A stretch of 64,000 nucleotides of DNA, taken from positions 124,001-188,000 of the forward strand of contig NGBS01000877.1 of NCBI GenBank assembly GCA_002245135.1, written 5' to 3'. Shown here one piece after another: positions 1-13,783 of the stretch. Both the position numbers and the translations under genes were made by a program. The notes under the pieces were generated by a model. It ran no database searches. It worked only from the letters and a program-made list of their open reading frames with translations, and was not told where the DNA came from. Numbering within the stretch: the first letter of the stretch is position 1; every line of letters begins with the position of its first letter. This DNA is from Proteromonas lacertae. Taxonomy: Eukaryota.

Positions 1-190
1 ACATAATCATACTCAAAACAATAGTAATTAGCAAGATATTCATGTTGATATAAGAAACACAAATAAAATGTTTGAGGTTTGATTAAAATATTATTGAAAA
101 TTTTATTCATTTTCATAATTATTTATAATATTTAAAACATTGAAGAATGTTTTAGATTAGTTAATGATGTAAATTGAAAAGAAAAAAATA

Positions 191-263
191 TGGTCGGTAT
201 GGGGCTCGAACCCATGACCGCCGCCTTATTAGAGCGGTGCTCTACCGACTGAGCTAACCGACC
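191..263 (-). tRNA. tRNA-Ile (anticodon AAT)
   Basis: Reverse complement folds as a 73-nt cloverleaf: acceptor GGTCGGT/ACCGACC, D arm GCTC/GAGC, anticodon arm CCGCT-CTAATAA-GGCGG, T arm ATGGG-TTCGAGC-CCCAT. Confidence 0.96.
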
Positions 264-373
264 TTTAAATTTTTGATTGAAAATACTAATAAGAACCAAT
301 TTTAATTTTTCTTATATTAATATTATTAATGTCTTTATTGTATTTAATAAAAGTAATTATTATCTTTAGCATT

Positions 374-3300
374 CTAAATGTCGTTTGATAATTCTTTCTT
401 TTCTTCTTCTGATATTCCATTTATTTCTATTCTTATAACATAAGAAAAAGTGTCTAAGAATGATTTTAATTCTGATTTATTTATATTTTTTGTCACAGTA
501 ATTGATAGTTTATCCACTTCATATAATGTCTCTTTATTTGTTATAATTAATCTCAATTCACTTTCATCTAATGCATTTCCTGATAGATTTATGTGTTTTA
601 ATGGTTTATAATGTTTTAACCTCTCTAATAGCACTTTTAATCCTATACCACTAATTCCAACATTTGATAGATATAATGAATCATAATCAACAAATTTATC
701 TAAATAATTACATACAACATCAATTCCTTCATCTCCAATTGCATTAGTATATATGGAAATAAGGCATGATTTATTTGGTAAGCAATCAGTTAGCTCCATT
801 AACCCTTTAGAACTAATTCTGTTGTTAGATAAGTCTATTTTTTTATAATTAATTTGTTTTATTAATGAAATATGAGAATCATTGAGATTTAAATCTATAA
901 CACTTATTAATTAGGATTTATACTAGAAAAATTATAATAGCTATAATCATATCTTTTCTTGTTAATACAATAGTTCAAATAATACTCCAATTCCTCATTT
1001 GCTCATTTTGAGCATTTTATTTGAATAAACATATTCTTCCTTTGTTCTAGTGATTTTGAACATATTGATTTAAATCCTTCCATTCCAATATTATTACCAC
1101 TAAGATTTATAGTTTTGTAATTTTCAATTGAATAAAATCTTTCTGATAATAATATTACACTTTCATCATCAATTTCTATATTACTCAAATCAAGTTCATC
1201 ATTATAACTTAACACCTCTACATTATCTAACACTTGTTTCAATCCAGCATTACCTAGTGGATTATCTATATGTAATTATTACATATATATATAATATTAC
1301 TATGAAATATTAATCTGCTAATGCAAAAACCCTCTTTATGGCAATTCATCAAATAATCTATTCCATCAGAATCAATGTTATTGTAACTTATGTCTAGTGT
1401 GACATATTTATTAATATATTTCATTCCATCAACAAATACTTTGAATCCTGCTGATGATAATCCCATCTCTAATAAAGATTAAATAATAATAATAATAGCA
1501 GTGGTTATTATACTACTGCAGTTTATATAGCAAGTATTATTATAGACGGAATAACACCTCTGCACTAACAAGTCTACATTAGGATATAGCATCTTCATTC
1601 CCAAGTCTCCTATATCATTTCCATTCAATTCAAGCGAAATTGTACTAAATAATGAGCATAAATTTCTACAATGCATTTCAATATTTTCATATAATTCTTT
1701 TTTACCTATGTAATAGAATAATATCATTTTGTACAGCTCATTTCCATATTTTCTATTTCTTTAAATTCATTTCCTTCTAAGTGAATATGCCTAAGATCTG
1801 TAAATGAAGATAAATTGTTATGTAGTATTTCTAAACTTTTGTATACTAAAGTTTTATCTAAATCACATCATAATAACAGAATATACTCTTCACATCCAAA
1901 TTTTTTATATCTTTAATATTGTTCAATACTACTTTAACAGAGATATGATTTGATATTTCATCTATATTTTGAGTAAGTGTTTCTACACTTTTATAGGTTA
2001 GTTTATTATCTAATAATATTTAGAATGCGATATTATACTACTCAGGTCAAATTTTGTCATGCCTCTAAGTTCGTTTGATCTTGAAGAAATAAAGGATTTA
2101 AAAAATGAATCGTCAATTTCTAAATTGCTCAAATTTAATTCATTATATTCATTTATGTACTTGATTAATTCTGGAATGTCTTTATCAATCAGCAGCTCTT
2201 TACTTCCTCTAATATCAATTTCTACTTTTGAAATTGAAAATTTAGAAAATAAGGCTTTTAATCCTTGTGAATGGATATTATTATTTTCCTTTATATCTAT
2301 TTTCTGTAGATTTGGATATTTATATAATTCTGTTGATAATAATATAATTGATTCATCATTTAAATTCATTTTTCTGATATTCAATTCATTCTTTTTGTTG
2401 ATTAATAAATGTAAATATGGAAGTAACAATTTGAAGCTTTTTTGACCAATCGGATTATCTATTTCACAATGCAATGATAGATAAAAATTATACAATGAAG
2501 ATCTATATATTTCAGTTTCAAACGTGGAATAAAAGTAATAAATGATTCAACGAAATGATAAGTAAGATTACATGATGTTAAATGTAATTCTTGTAGATTA
2601 GATAATCGAGATAAAAAAGATGCATATGCTGATTCATATCGACGTGGAATATTCATATCTAAATAAATTAAAAAATATAAAATAATACAAAATTGGACTT
2701 TTGTTGGATTAATTAACTTGAGTATTGTGAAGATATATTTCATACCTTCTTCACAAATGTAAGTACATCTTGAACTAATTACGATTATCCCTTTATCATA
2801 ATAGTTAACATTTAGATTATTAATTACGATTTCATCTAAATAACATTCTTTTCCATCTCTATGTCGGTGATGAATTTGATACTATAGTTTATTTTTTATT
2901 GATTCATCTCTCACTCTATAGATATTGGAATTATTATCTTCTTTGTATAATTTCATTATCAACAATATTGATAGTATTCTTTCATAAGGTTTATTGTTGT
3001 ATGATTTTATCAAAACATCTCTAATAATTATTCTTTTATCATATTCAAGATAATATTCAGATGGATATTCTATTGGTAATCCTACAATTGCATAATCATT
3101 TTTGAATATTAAATCTTTCTTTTCATGTAATATAGCTATGCTATTTTCTGAATCTTTCACTATGCCATTCGCTTTTATTATTTCTTTTTTCATCTCTTTC
3201 AAACTCAATCTATCTTCACTCTTCACTTTTAACATTCTATCAACCATTTCTTTCATTTTATCATCACATTCTATATCAATACTGTATTTACATCTCAGAA

Positions 3301-3982
3301 TATTCTCTTTTGTTTTATTCATATTATTATCTTCATAAAATGGTAATTTCCTACAAATTATTTCATATAATATACAACCAATTGACCAAATCATACTTTT
3401 CTCATTAGACTCTAATCAATTCAATTCTTCTGGGCTTTTGAAACACACATCATACAATCTCAAATCTTCTTCTTTTCTCAGTTCATTCAAGAATAAATCA
3501 CATATTTTTATATTGTTATTATTATCATATGCTATATTAGAACTCTTCAAATTACTAACATCAACATCATATTCATTCAAAATTATCAAATCATTACATA
3601 TACTAATCATTATATTACATATTTCACCGCTTGACATGGTTCTTTTTTGAATGATCTCTTCTAAATCTCTACAATAATAATTTCTTTCTAATATCATCAT
3701 ATTACACCCGCTGATCCGTATACGAGAAGGATGGACATAAAATGAACAACATTTTAACATTACATAGCTATTTTCATAGAATTTTAATGTTTTAATTACA
3801 TTGATCCCATCTATTTTAATGATTTTCAACCTTTTCACTTTATTTTGATGTTTCAATGTCAGATGAACTTCAGAGTTGTTTTTTTCTACTCTTTCTTTTA
3901 TCTACATAAAATATGTATATATAAATACTTCACTATCTGGTAGAATTATGGAGTTAATCACTCTATCTATGAAAAAATTCAT
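374..3982 (-). pseudogene. Degenerate kinase-like + leucine-rich repeat (RI/NLR-type LRR) gene, copy 1; probable pseudogene
   Basis: Multi-exon. N-terminal kinase-like segment (LKSSNI, ICDLF, KSPEEL, IWSIGCILYE) is followed by LxLxxNxIGxxG repeats. In-frame TGA at 3416-3418 where the paralog has GGA, and a further disruption near 1003. Confidence 0.75.
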
Positions 3983-4059
3983 GTTTTTAATTTCTATTGT
4001 TCATTGGTGAGTTCAAACCCCACTCATTTCAAATATTTTTATTTTCGTTTTTTTCGTTA

Positions 4060-4663
4060 ATGGCAGAAAAGAAAGAAATAGTGAATGAAAAGATGAAAGA
4101 TGCTCCAATTTTAGAATTTAGGAAAAATACTGAGATTGTGAACAATAAGGTAGAAGAATCGTTAGGAAGTTTAAAAATACTAATGGAAAAGGTTTGATTA
4201 TGAGATATTATTTAATAGGCTAAGAATTCAAATGAACAATCTGTTGATTTACGTATTTTTTAATTGTTATAAGGGATTATAGTTCATCACTTGAGAAAAA
4301 TACTTCGTATTCGTTCAGGTGATGTTGCATTGATTAACGATCTAAGAGAAGTATATAAATAATTGATATATATTTAAAATAGCAATTACATAATGCTCAA
4401 TATGAATTAGAGCAGTCAAAAGCTAGAGAAGATACTAGTCAACAATTATTTGATGATTTAAAAGCTGAAATAAAGACATTAAAGGAAGAAGTATTATATT
4501 TGTAATTTATGAATAGATTGCTGACTTAAGAACAAGGCAAATTAATCCAAATATTATACATATGCCGTTGAGATGCATAAATTGTGGTAAAAACCCATGT
4601 GAAAGAGAAGATGACTTATTTCCCACTTTTAACGAATGGAAATCAAATCAACAAACGTATTAG
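4060..4663 (+). CDS. Small coiled-coil hypothetical protein (multi-exon)
   Basis: ATG at 4060 (MAEKKEIVNEK), short GT-AG introns, heptad-rich sequence, TAG at 4661-4663. Confidence 0.6.
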
Positions 4664-4782
4664 TTAATTTAAATATAAATAAATATTTATTTATTCTGCA
4701 AATATATTGGTTAAATAAAAAAAAGAATAAAACAGATAATAATGATTTTATTTTTATTCATTAAAGAGAATATAAATATAAT

Positions 4783-6190
4783 TTATAATCCATCTCTTTC
4801 TAACGATGTAAAAACAGAATTCTGAATCATCTTCTTATCAGGAACAAATGAGTTCATACAGATAGTTGAATTTTTAATAACAACATCATTTCCTATTCTA
4901 CATCCACTGTAAATAACAGAATCAAATATCATGCAATTATTACCAAATTTTACATCATGACCAACTATACAATTATTAATTTTTATCTTATTTTCAAATA
5001 ATGTTTTATTTAAAGCATCAAAATCACCACAATCAATGAAATTATTAGTTCCATAATCAGGTGGTAGTGAATATAAACTTTTAATTGAACTAATATTCTT
5101 AGGGATTTTCATCAGCATTTGTGAATATTTTAGTACTGATTTACTGTCTTCTATTAAGTATATAAAATGTTGAGGTGTATCTTGAATAAATGCAAAACAT
5201 CTGATTGGATTATCAACTATAAATAATTCATTTTTAAGTTGTTTTGTGTCTATTGAATTGATTTTTTCATTAAAAAATTGACTGTTTATAAACTCTGGTA
5301 GAAAATCATCAGTGAAACTATATTCAAATGTTGATTTTATCAACTTATATTTATCTGTTGAATTACCTTCATTTTCTTCATTATCTTCATCATCTTCTTC
5401 AGCTGCTTCAATTTCTTTCTTCAATTCAAATTCATAATAAGCTTCTAAAAATGGAAATATATGTTTAGATAATAAATAACACTTTGAATTGATTAATTTT
5501 GAATATATTTCACATTCACTACTCTCTTTCAACAGTGATTTTGGCAGCTTTGTTTGATATACGGATGTATCATCTTTCATGAATGTATTTGTATATAATA
5601 ACTGCTTTTCACCATTCATACAATACAATGTGAAATATTCACTTAATCCTTTATTGAGTTTATCCGTTGGATTTAGTAACATATCTGTTATTAAAGATCC
5701 ATGATTGAGATGAAAATCTATCATATTATTAAGAAAATCTTCGCTAACTAGTGAATAAGGCATGATGAAGAAGTTTTTCTTTAAACGACTTTTGAGATCT
5801 AATAATATAGAAACATTGTCTATTTGAAAATCGGTTGGGTGAAGGTAGATTGAGATTAAATTACCATCTTTACCACTTGATAGAAAATTTTCACAGAATT
5901 TTTGCATATCTTTGTACCATTCACTATATACAACGATTATTACCTATTTGATAATAACTTGAACAATTAATCTATACATCTTTAATTGTTGCTCTTTCCA
6001 ATAATTCTAACTGATATTGAATTAATGGATGATTGTAAAAAGGTAAAAGTGGTGGAGCAATTTGATCAGTAAGAGGTAATAGGAATGTGCCTTTATCAAC
6101 AGCAAATATAACAGCCTAATCAAAGTTAAGCATGACAATATATAGATATAATACTTGAATATCAGTTCTATCTGTTCTGCTTCCTTCCAT
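4783..6190 (-). CDS. Translation initiation factor eIF2B gamma-like subunit
   Basis: N-terminal nucleotidyltransferase-like motif (QAVIFA..LLPLT..PLLPFYNHPLIQYQLELLE) and C-terminal left-handed beta-helix hexapeptides (NCIVGHDVKFGNNCMIFDSVI). Confidence 0.65.
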
Positions 6191-6312
6191 TTAGAAAATG
6201 AAATAGTGGGGTAAAAATTGATTTGCCGAAATGTTGGGATGAATAATTTGAAGTTGGTTTTTTAAGCCCAAATTTTCTTAAACCATTTTCTGATTTTCAA
6301 TTTTATTAAATA

Positions 6313-8767
6313 ATGGCTGAGTGGGGTGGTTTTAAAGGATTACTTGCATCAGCAGCAGATAAAGCCAAGAAAGCATCTCAGGCTATTGAAAAATCATTTG
6401 ATGAAGCGGTTAAAGATGCTCCTCCACTGTATACTGAAGAAGAAAAAAATGATGATAAACAGGAAGACAACCAAAATACAATGTATTTATTATATAACTA
6501 TGATTGGTTAGAGTGGAAGATACTCCTTCTGTAGTAAATCAAATAGCTGAACCTCCAAAAATTCAGAATCCAATTTCTACTCCTCCAGTAATAACACCAA
6601 AAGAAAATACTTCATCAGCTCCAATAATTCCACCATTACCTCCTCTTTCTTCTATTAATACAAATACATCTATTGAAAAAGATGCTTTTATTAAAAGAAT
6701 AGAAGAATTGAGAAAAGAAAATAATAGTCTAAAAGAAGATAAATTGAAACTAACATCAAATGTTACAGAAGTATATATATAAAATAATACTGTAATATAG
6801 TTACAAAAATCACTAAATTCCTATGAGATGGACAAGAATCGTTTATTGGAATTAACTTCAGAAAATGAGAAATTAAAATCAAATCTATCAACTTTAGAGA
6901 ATGAAAATCAAGAGTTAAAATCAAATACACAATCTGTATTATATAGTGTATAATATATACATATAAATAGTTACAAAATCAAATGAAATTAATTGAAGAT
7001 GAAAAGGACAGATTAAATTCATTAAATACTTCATTACAATCACAAATAGAGAGTGTATTTATATATTATTATATTATTGTTATATATATATATATATAGC
7101 TCGAAAATACAATAAAACAAGAATCTTCTCAATCAGATCAAACACAGTCAGTAATAATAGAACAAAAGAATGAATTGATTCAAAGTGTATATAATTATCT
7201 AATAATAATAATAATAATAGTTGAATGAAAAGATCCAATCGTTGAATAATACAGTTTCAGAAAAGAACAATACAATTGATGAATTAAACAGATCTATATC
7301 AGATTCAAAGACAAAAATGACTCAACATGAAGAAAAAATCAGTCAATTAAATAATAAAATTATTGAATTATTAAATAGTAATGCTTCTAATGAGATGTTA
7401 AATCAGCAATTGGAAGAAAAAGAAAATGATGTATTATAATTCTATTTATTTATTTATTTATTTAGTTGGAGAAGATACAATTGGAATTAGATCAGAGAGT
7501 TTCTACAATTCAAACATTATCTGAACAATTATTATCAATTAATAACCAATATGATGATTTAAAGAATGAAAAAGATAAAATATATAGTCAATTATCACAA
7601 GCTACAGAAAATAATACTAAGTTAATGAATCAGATACAAGAAATGAAAAATAAGAATTACCATTCATCCAATTTAACAGCTGAATTACAAGAAGCTCAAG
7701 AAAAAGTATTACTATAATGTTATTATTTGTCATTATTCATATTCATTTAGATTGATGGATTATTAGTAGAAGGACAAAAATTAGCTCAACGTAATGGTGT
7801 ATTAGAACAATCGAATAGAACATTAAAGAAACAAATAAATGAGAAAGAAGAAGAATTAAAAACATTCAAAACACAGAATCTCTCATATCAATCTAAGATG
7901 ATTCAGTTAGAGACAAGTTTACAGGATGTAACTGAGAAATATAATGATAATAAATCATCTACAAATATAATGAAAGGAAGATTACAAGAATTAGAATCTC
8001 AAGTATATGTTATTATATATATATATATGCGTAGAATGCAAATTATACAAAACAACTGAGTGAATATAAAGATCAATATATCATCTGTGTTAATCAAAAT
8101 GAAGAATTGAAGAATAGAATTAAACAATTTGAACATGAGACATTTAAATTGAAAGGTGAACAAGAAGGATCTGAAAGAGTATATAAAATCAACACATATA
8201 TTTTTATAGAGAATAGAAGAGATTTTAGATCAAAGTAATCTTGACACAACTGACAAAGTAGCTTTAGAAACAGAGGTCAATAAATTGAGAGAACAGATCA
8301 ACGTAATGCAAATGCAGTTGGCTCAGAAAGAAGAAGACTATATAGCACAAATCAAATCATTAACACAACAGAAACGAGTATATTTATTATTATTATTATT
8401 ATTATATTTAAATAGACATTAGAACAGTGTTTACAAGAAGTTCGAAGTGGTGCAACTGATGTAACAAAACCATTATTAAACCAGATTGATGAAATGAGAA
8501 AAGAAATTGAAGCAAAAGAAGTATCTAATGCAGCAATGGAACAATCACTATTAGATAAAATATCAGAATTAGAAACTACCATTCATGAATTAACAGAATC
8601 AAAAATAGCCAATGAAAATGAATTAACCAATACAAAGAGTGAATTGAATAACTTAAAATCACTTCAAAATTCATTACAGATTCAAAATAATCAATACCAA
8701 ACAGAGATTAGTGAAGAAAGAGAAAGAAATAAAATGTTATCTATACAGTTTAGTGTATATATCTTTA

Positions 8768-8800
<33 letters not shown>

Positions 8801-9448
8801 ATAGTCTTTACAACAACAATATTATAAATCTTCTCAAGACTTACAACATAGTGAATTAGTGTTGAAAGAACTTAAAGAGAATTCAACAAATGCAATTCAG
8901 AAATTAAGAGATGAAATTGATATTAAAAATAGTAAAATATTGTCACTAGAGACAGAGTTACAGGAAGCAAAGGATAAAGATATCACAACACCGTCAATTC
9001 CTCTATTATCACCAAAGACATCTACTGCTTCATCTAACTCACCTGTAGATATGTATACCCCAAATAATAATCCTAAAACACCATCTGGTGTATTCGCTGT
9101 CGAAATTACACAATATCAGTCAATGTTGAAGCAAAAGATAGGTGAGATAGAGGTATTGAAGAGTAGACTAAAGACATTAGAAATAGCAAGAGATTCATTA
9201 GCAGAAGAACTTGTATCAATGTCTGAAGCTAGTAATCAATTAAAAGAAGAAGAGAAACAGATAGAGGAATTAAAAAATAAATTAAAAGAAGCTAAAGATA
9301 GAGAAACATTACTATTGGATATGTTAGGAGAAAAAGAAGAGAAGATAGACGATATGAATGAGACTTTAGTATATATCATATATTTATATTTTAGACTATG
9401 TACAGAAGTCAAATAGAAGATTTTGCAGCAAGATTCCCTTCTAAATAA
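6313..9448 (+). CDS. TMF1: TMF1/Sgm1-like golgin (long coiled coil)
   Basis: Many short exons. Contains the EGQKLAQ motif and the C-terminal LLDMLGEKEEKIDD..MYRSQIE motif typical of the TMF family. Confidence 0.8.
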
Positions 9449-9733
9449 ACTATTTTAACCAATAATTGAAATATTTTTTATTTTATTGGAAATTATTATT
9501 GCTATAATATAGTTATATCAATTACAGTGATAAAGACAAGAATTTTATTGAAGTTCAACTGATATTTGTACTTTAACTTTAATAAAACTATTTTCTTCTC
9601 ATAAATGCTACTTGTTATATTTAAATATAATATCAGTTTATATCACTTTGTATTACTTAAGGAATTAAGAGTAAGAAATATAACGTTGCCAAACCTCATC
9701 AAACCTTCTTATCGTTATACTCATTTTTTAATA

Positions 9734-11240
9734 ATGGAGGTTGGCACTTTATTAGAAACTTCGCATGGCGATTTTACTGTATCTTTATGCAATATATATG
9801 TCAATAGATTATAAGATTGATTAGAACTACTTTGTGTGGTGAGTTATATCAAGCATACTGGAATGTTATTAATGATAGTGTAGCATTGAAAATTAGTCGT
9901 GTTGTATTATTTTCATTAGTATTATATGCTAGGGTCCTTTCTCTAAAATATACGAAAATCCAATGAAGGAAGCTCAAATACTCCAAATGCTTTCTGGTGC
10001 TGCAAAAGAAGCAGGAATTGTATATTTGCATACTAGTTTCCAAGAGAATTATCGATTTAAGGTTAATGACACTGGAGTTGCTGAAGCTGCTATTTTTATA
10101 GTTATGGAGTATTTAGCAGGTGCAACAGCTTTAGATTATGTAAATGATGAGATTACAGCTGGTCATTATCAACTAGAAAATGTAAATGACGCTGGTAAAA
10201 AGAATTTATTACGTCAAATGGCAAAATTAATGCTATACTTACATACCCATCATTTTGTTCATTTAGACTTTACATTAGAAAATTTAATGTTCAGAGATTC
10301 TCAAGTTGTAGCAATAGACTTTGGATTAGGTCAATATTGTGCAGAAACATTTGAAGTGGGTATTTTTAGTGGAAAAAGGATATATTTACCACCTGAGACA
10401 TATTCCACTAATCCAACATATGATGGTAGAAAAAGAGATATTTGGTCATTAGGAGTATGTTGTTACACATTATACAGTGGAAGATATCTTATAAACTCTG
10501 ATGATAGTGTAGAAGATATATGTTTATTGTTAAAGAAAGGATTGAATAGTTATTTGCAAGTACATTATCCTTTAGGTTTAAGTTGGCCAGATGAATTGAA
10601 AGATTTTATGGGTTTATGCTTAAATGTAAATCCGCATAAAAGACCTACAATTGAAGATTTATTAATTCATCCATGGATTAAAGAGAAAGAAGCAGCATCA
10701 TCTAAATTCTTCAGTAGAGTTGGTAAATCTATTAAAAACGCTGTTAATAATCTTTTACACACCAGAAACTCTATTTTTGTACGATCCAAGAAGAGTACTA
10801 GTGCATCAGCTGTAGCTCCAATTAATTATAGCAGAAATATGAATGAAATAAATAATAATAATAATAATAATAACATTTCAACTCCAGAACCACCACCAAG
10901 TTTACGAAAGACAATATTAGTGAATAATAATTCACCAAATTCCGCTAATAGAGCAAGAATTAGTTCATTTGATGATAGTCCAACTGCTAGCCCTGGTACA
11001 AAAGAATTCCATAGGACGATTCGTAATATGAAGAATGTCAATGGTATAACAGTTGTCAATTCACCATCACAGTTTAATAGAGTTTTACAGTTTGCCCAAA
11101 AGGAAGGAAGTGGTTCACCATCTCCTACTCATACTCCACCTAGTAGAACAAGAGAAATAAAGATAAAAAGACAATCCAATAGCACTACAGGAAGTGATTC
11201 TGAGAATTTACCTGATAAACATAATGAATCAACACAACCA

Positions 11241-11279
<39 letters not shown>

Positions 11280-11726
11280 GAACCACCACCATCAACACAT
11301 CCAACAACTAATGTTGCAAAACCTCAAAATAATGATAATGGTAGTAAGATTAAACCAATTGATGTAAATACAAGTAAAGATAGTAAAAGTGAAATTCATA
11401 CAGCTATTGAACATAAACCATCTGTTGGATCAACTGTTGATCTTCAGTCACTTATATCAGCTCATTCAAATGCTTCTAAACAGAAAGAAAATGAAAAGAA
11501 CAAAACTACTCCATCTGCTAATGTAAAAGATAGTAAAAATGAAGTTAAACCTAAGGAAGGATCAAATAGTGAAAAATCACCAGATTCTGTTATTCCTATT
11601 GCTAATAAGAATGAAAAACCTCAAGCAAAAACTACTAAACCAACTGCTACAGCTACAGCTACAGCAGCAGCAGCAGCTACAACAACAACAGCAGCAAAAG
11701 CAACTACTGATAAACAAACAAAATAG
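9734..11726 (+). CDS. Ser/Thr protein kinase (HLD-type catalytic loop) with long low-complexity tail
   Basis: VALK, HLDFTLENL, DFG, YLPPE and DIWSLG motifs; two short 5' introns. Confidence 0.85.
11244..11279 (+). repeat. (CAA)12 microsatellite encoding polyQ
   Basis: Read directly from the sequence. Confidence 0.9.
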
Positions 11727-11806
11727 GTCATTTACTATATTACAATTCTTTTAAATAATGTTTATTTTATTATAAAAATATATATTTCTTCAATCACACA
11801 AACACA

Positions 11807-12848
11807 TTAATAAGGAGAAGAATAAGAATTTAAAGATATATTATCTATATCAGAAAAATCATTTTCATCATTTTCTTCCTCTACACTCAATGATAATCCA
11901 AACGGCATTATTGGTTTTTTCACTTGAATTTCTATTGATTGACTTAATAATGGTTCCTTTCTTTTATTAGGTGATATATTGATGAATAATTCATAAGAAT
12001 ATGATAATCTCCTTTTTCTTTTCATTAATTCATCACCTGTCTGTATATCCATGTCCTTCTTTTCTACATATGTCAAACTATCATCATTATTTATAGTATT
12101 TAATATTGAACCACCTTTTATTATGCTTAATAGATTATCATTTTCATCATCACTAATTTCATCCATACTGTCCCAATATTCAATATTTGGAGAATTACAG
12201 TCGTTTAATATATCATTATTATTCTTTATTTTATCTAATATACCTTCTTCTATTACATTGAATAGTGTTTTTAGCTAAAATATAATATATATGATATTGT
12301 ACTAAAGTTGATTTGTTTTTTTGATTAATACGAGTTGATTTGGGTATAATTTCACGATTTTGGAATTCTTTTAACACAACATAAATGTCATTTTTAGTTA
12401 AAAGCTTGTCAATTGTGTATTCTGTCAGTTTATCCTTTTCTTTTGTTAATAACTATTAAATATTGAGATTTTATTAAGGTACTTCAATAATATCATCATA
12501 TGAAAGTGTATTTTTTGGAACATTGTCGTCTGATTTTATTTTCATTGGTTTGTTTAGAGATATTGAATGTTTTTCTTCATATTCTGTATTGGCTTGAGAT
12601 AATATATCCAATTGAGAAAAAGGACACTCATTTTCTTTCACACTCACACTGTACTTATCTAGTATTGTTTCATCTTCATCATTCACTATTTTCTCAGTTG
12701 CTAATATTCTATTACACTGCTTTGACACCAAAATTGGACTAAGATCGTCTGTTTCACTCCCTGAATCTATCTCTTCCTCACAAACTCTCTAGTAATCAAA
12801 TAAATAAACACTTACTTCATTCTCTAACCCAAATATAAAACGATTCAT
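11807..12848 (-). CDS. Hypothetical acidic protein (multi-exon)
   Basis: ATG at 12848. ORF segments 12474-12731 and 11807-12166 are joined through short GT-AG introns. No recognisable domain. Confidence 0.55.
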
Positions 12849-13648
12849 TCAAAATTCTAAGAAGAAAAAAGTGATAAAACACTATAAAAAATAATTCGCA
12901 TTGAATTTTATTTTGCAAATAGGATTACAATACTTGGCTCAGATCTGGTTTGTCAATATTTGACTTTTATACCTTTTTCTTTTGTTTTTTTCATTATGTT
13001 AGAGATTAAATTAAGATAAGATTTTTTGTATATATAGTGATCTCATATTCTGCTTTATATATAGCTATAAAACAAAGAATTCTATTTTTTGATGTTCTTT
13101 TAAATGAAGTGAAATATAAATACTAACTATATAAATTTAAAGTACAGTACATACTAAGTTAAATTATACCATAAAATAAAAGCTGCACTTGCAGTCTAAA
13201 AAAATATGAACAAATTTCTCAAGTCCTTAAATTTTTACTATTTTATATATATATTTCTAAACAACAAACAAAATTAAAGGTATGGTAATATTTTTATCGC
13301 TTAACCATCATATAACTTAGAATGGATTTTGAGAAGTGGTAAATAATTTTATTAAACTTATAATATTAATTGGTCTAAGCCAATACAATATATTGAATCT
13401 GTTATATATGCTGTGTATGTGTATTATAATAAATATGTTCAAATACTGAATAAGCATCTATATTACAACTATTTATATGTTATATCTACTTTACATAGTT
13501 TAATTTATACAAAATAACGAGTGAATAGATTGAACTATATGAGTAAATTGAAAAAAATAAATCGGTAAAATATATTCTTTACATTGTCAATGTAATAACA
13601 AACGTAATTGAATTTATTTAATTGATTTTTTGATTAGTATTTTACTAA

Positions 13649-13747
13649 GACAATGAAGATAGTGAAGAGGAAGATAATGAAGATAGTGAAGAGGAAGATA
13701 ATGAAGATAGTAAAGAGGAAGAGGATGAAGATAGTGAAGAGGAAGAC
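13649..13747 (+). repeat. About 4 copies of a 24-bp tandem repeat (DNEDSEEE) inside the transposon
   Basis: Unit GATAATGAAGATAGTGAAGAGGAA repeated with variants. Confidence 0.85.
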
Positions 13748-13783
13748 TATGATGAAAATGCAAGTAATAACGAGTATAGATTA

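Noticed and set aside
2059..2445. Antisense ORFs in the ORF track (for example 2059-2445, 29354-29635, 40010-40354, 61269-61514)
   Set aside because: They are shadow frames of real genes on the opposite strand and show no motifs.
3416..3418. Stop-codon reassignment or readthrough (TGA aligned with Gly in the paralog)
   Set aside because: The family also has frameshifts and a TAA, and conserved genes here have no internal stops. A point mutation is the simpler explanation.
9779..9807. GTATCTTT donor as a possible GT-AG U12 intron
   Set aside because: It is only 29 nt, has no U12-like branch site, and the equivalent paralog intron has an ordinary donor.
13649..13747. Direct repeats as a CRISPR array
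   Set aside because: The units are contiguous 24-bp coding-like repeats without unique spacers, in a eukaryotic context.
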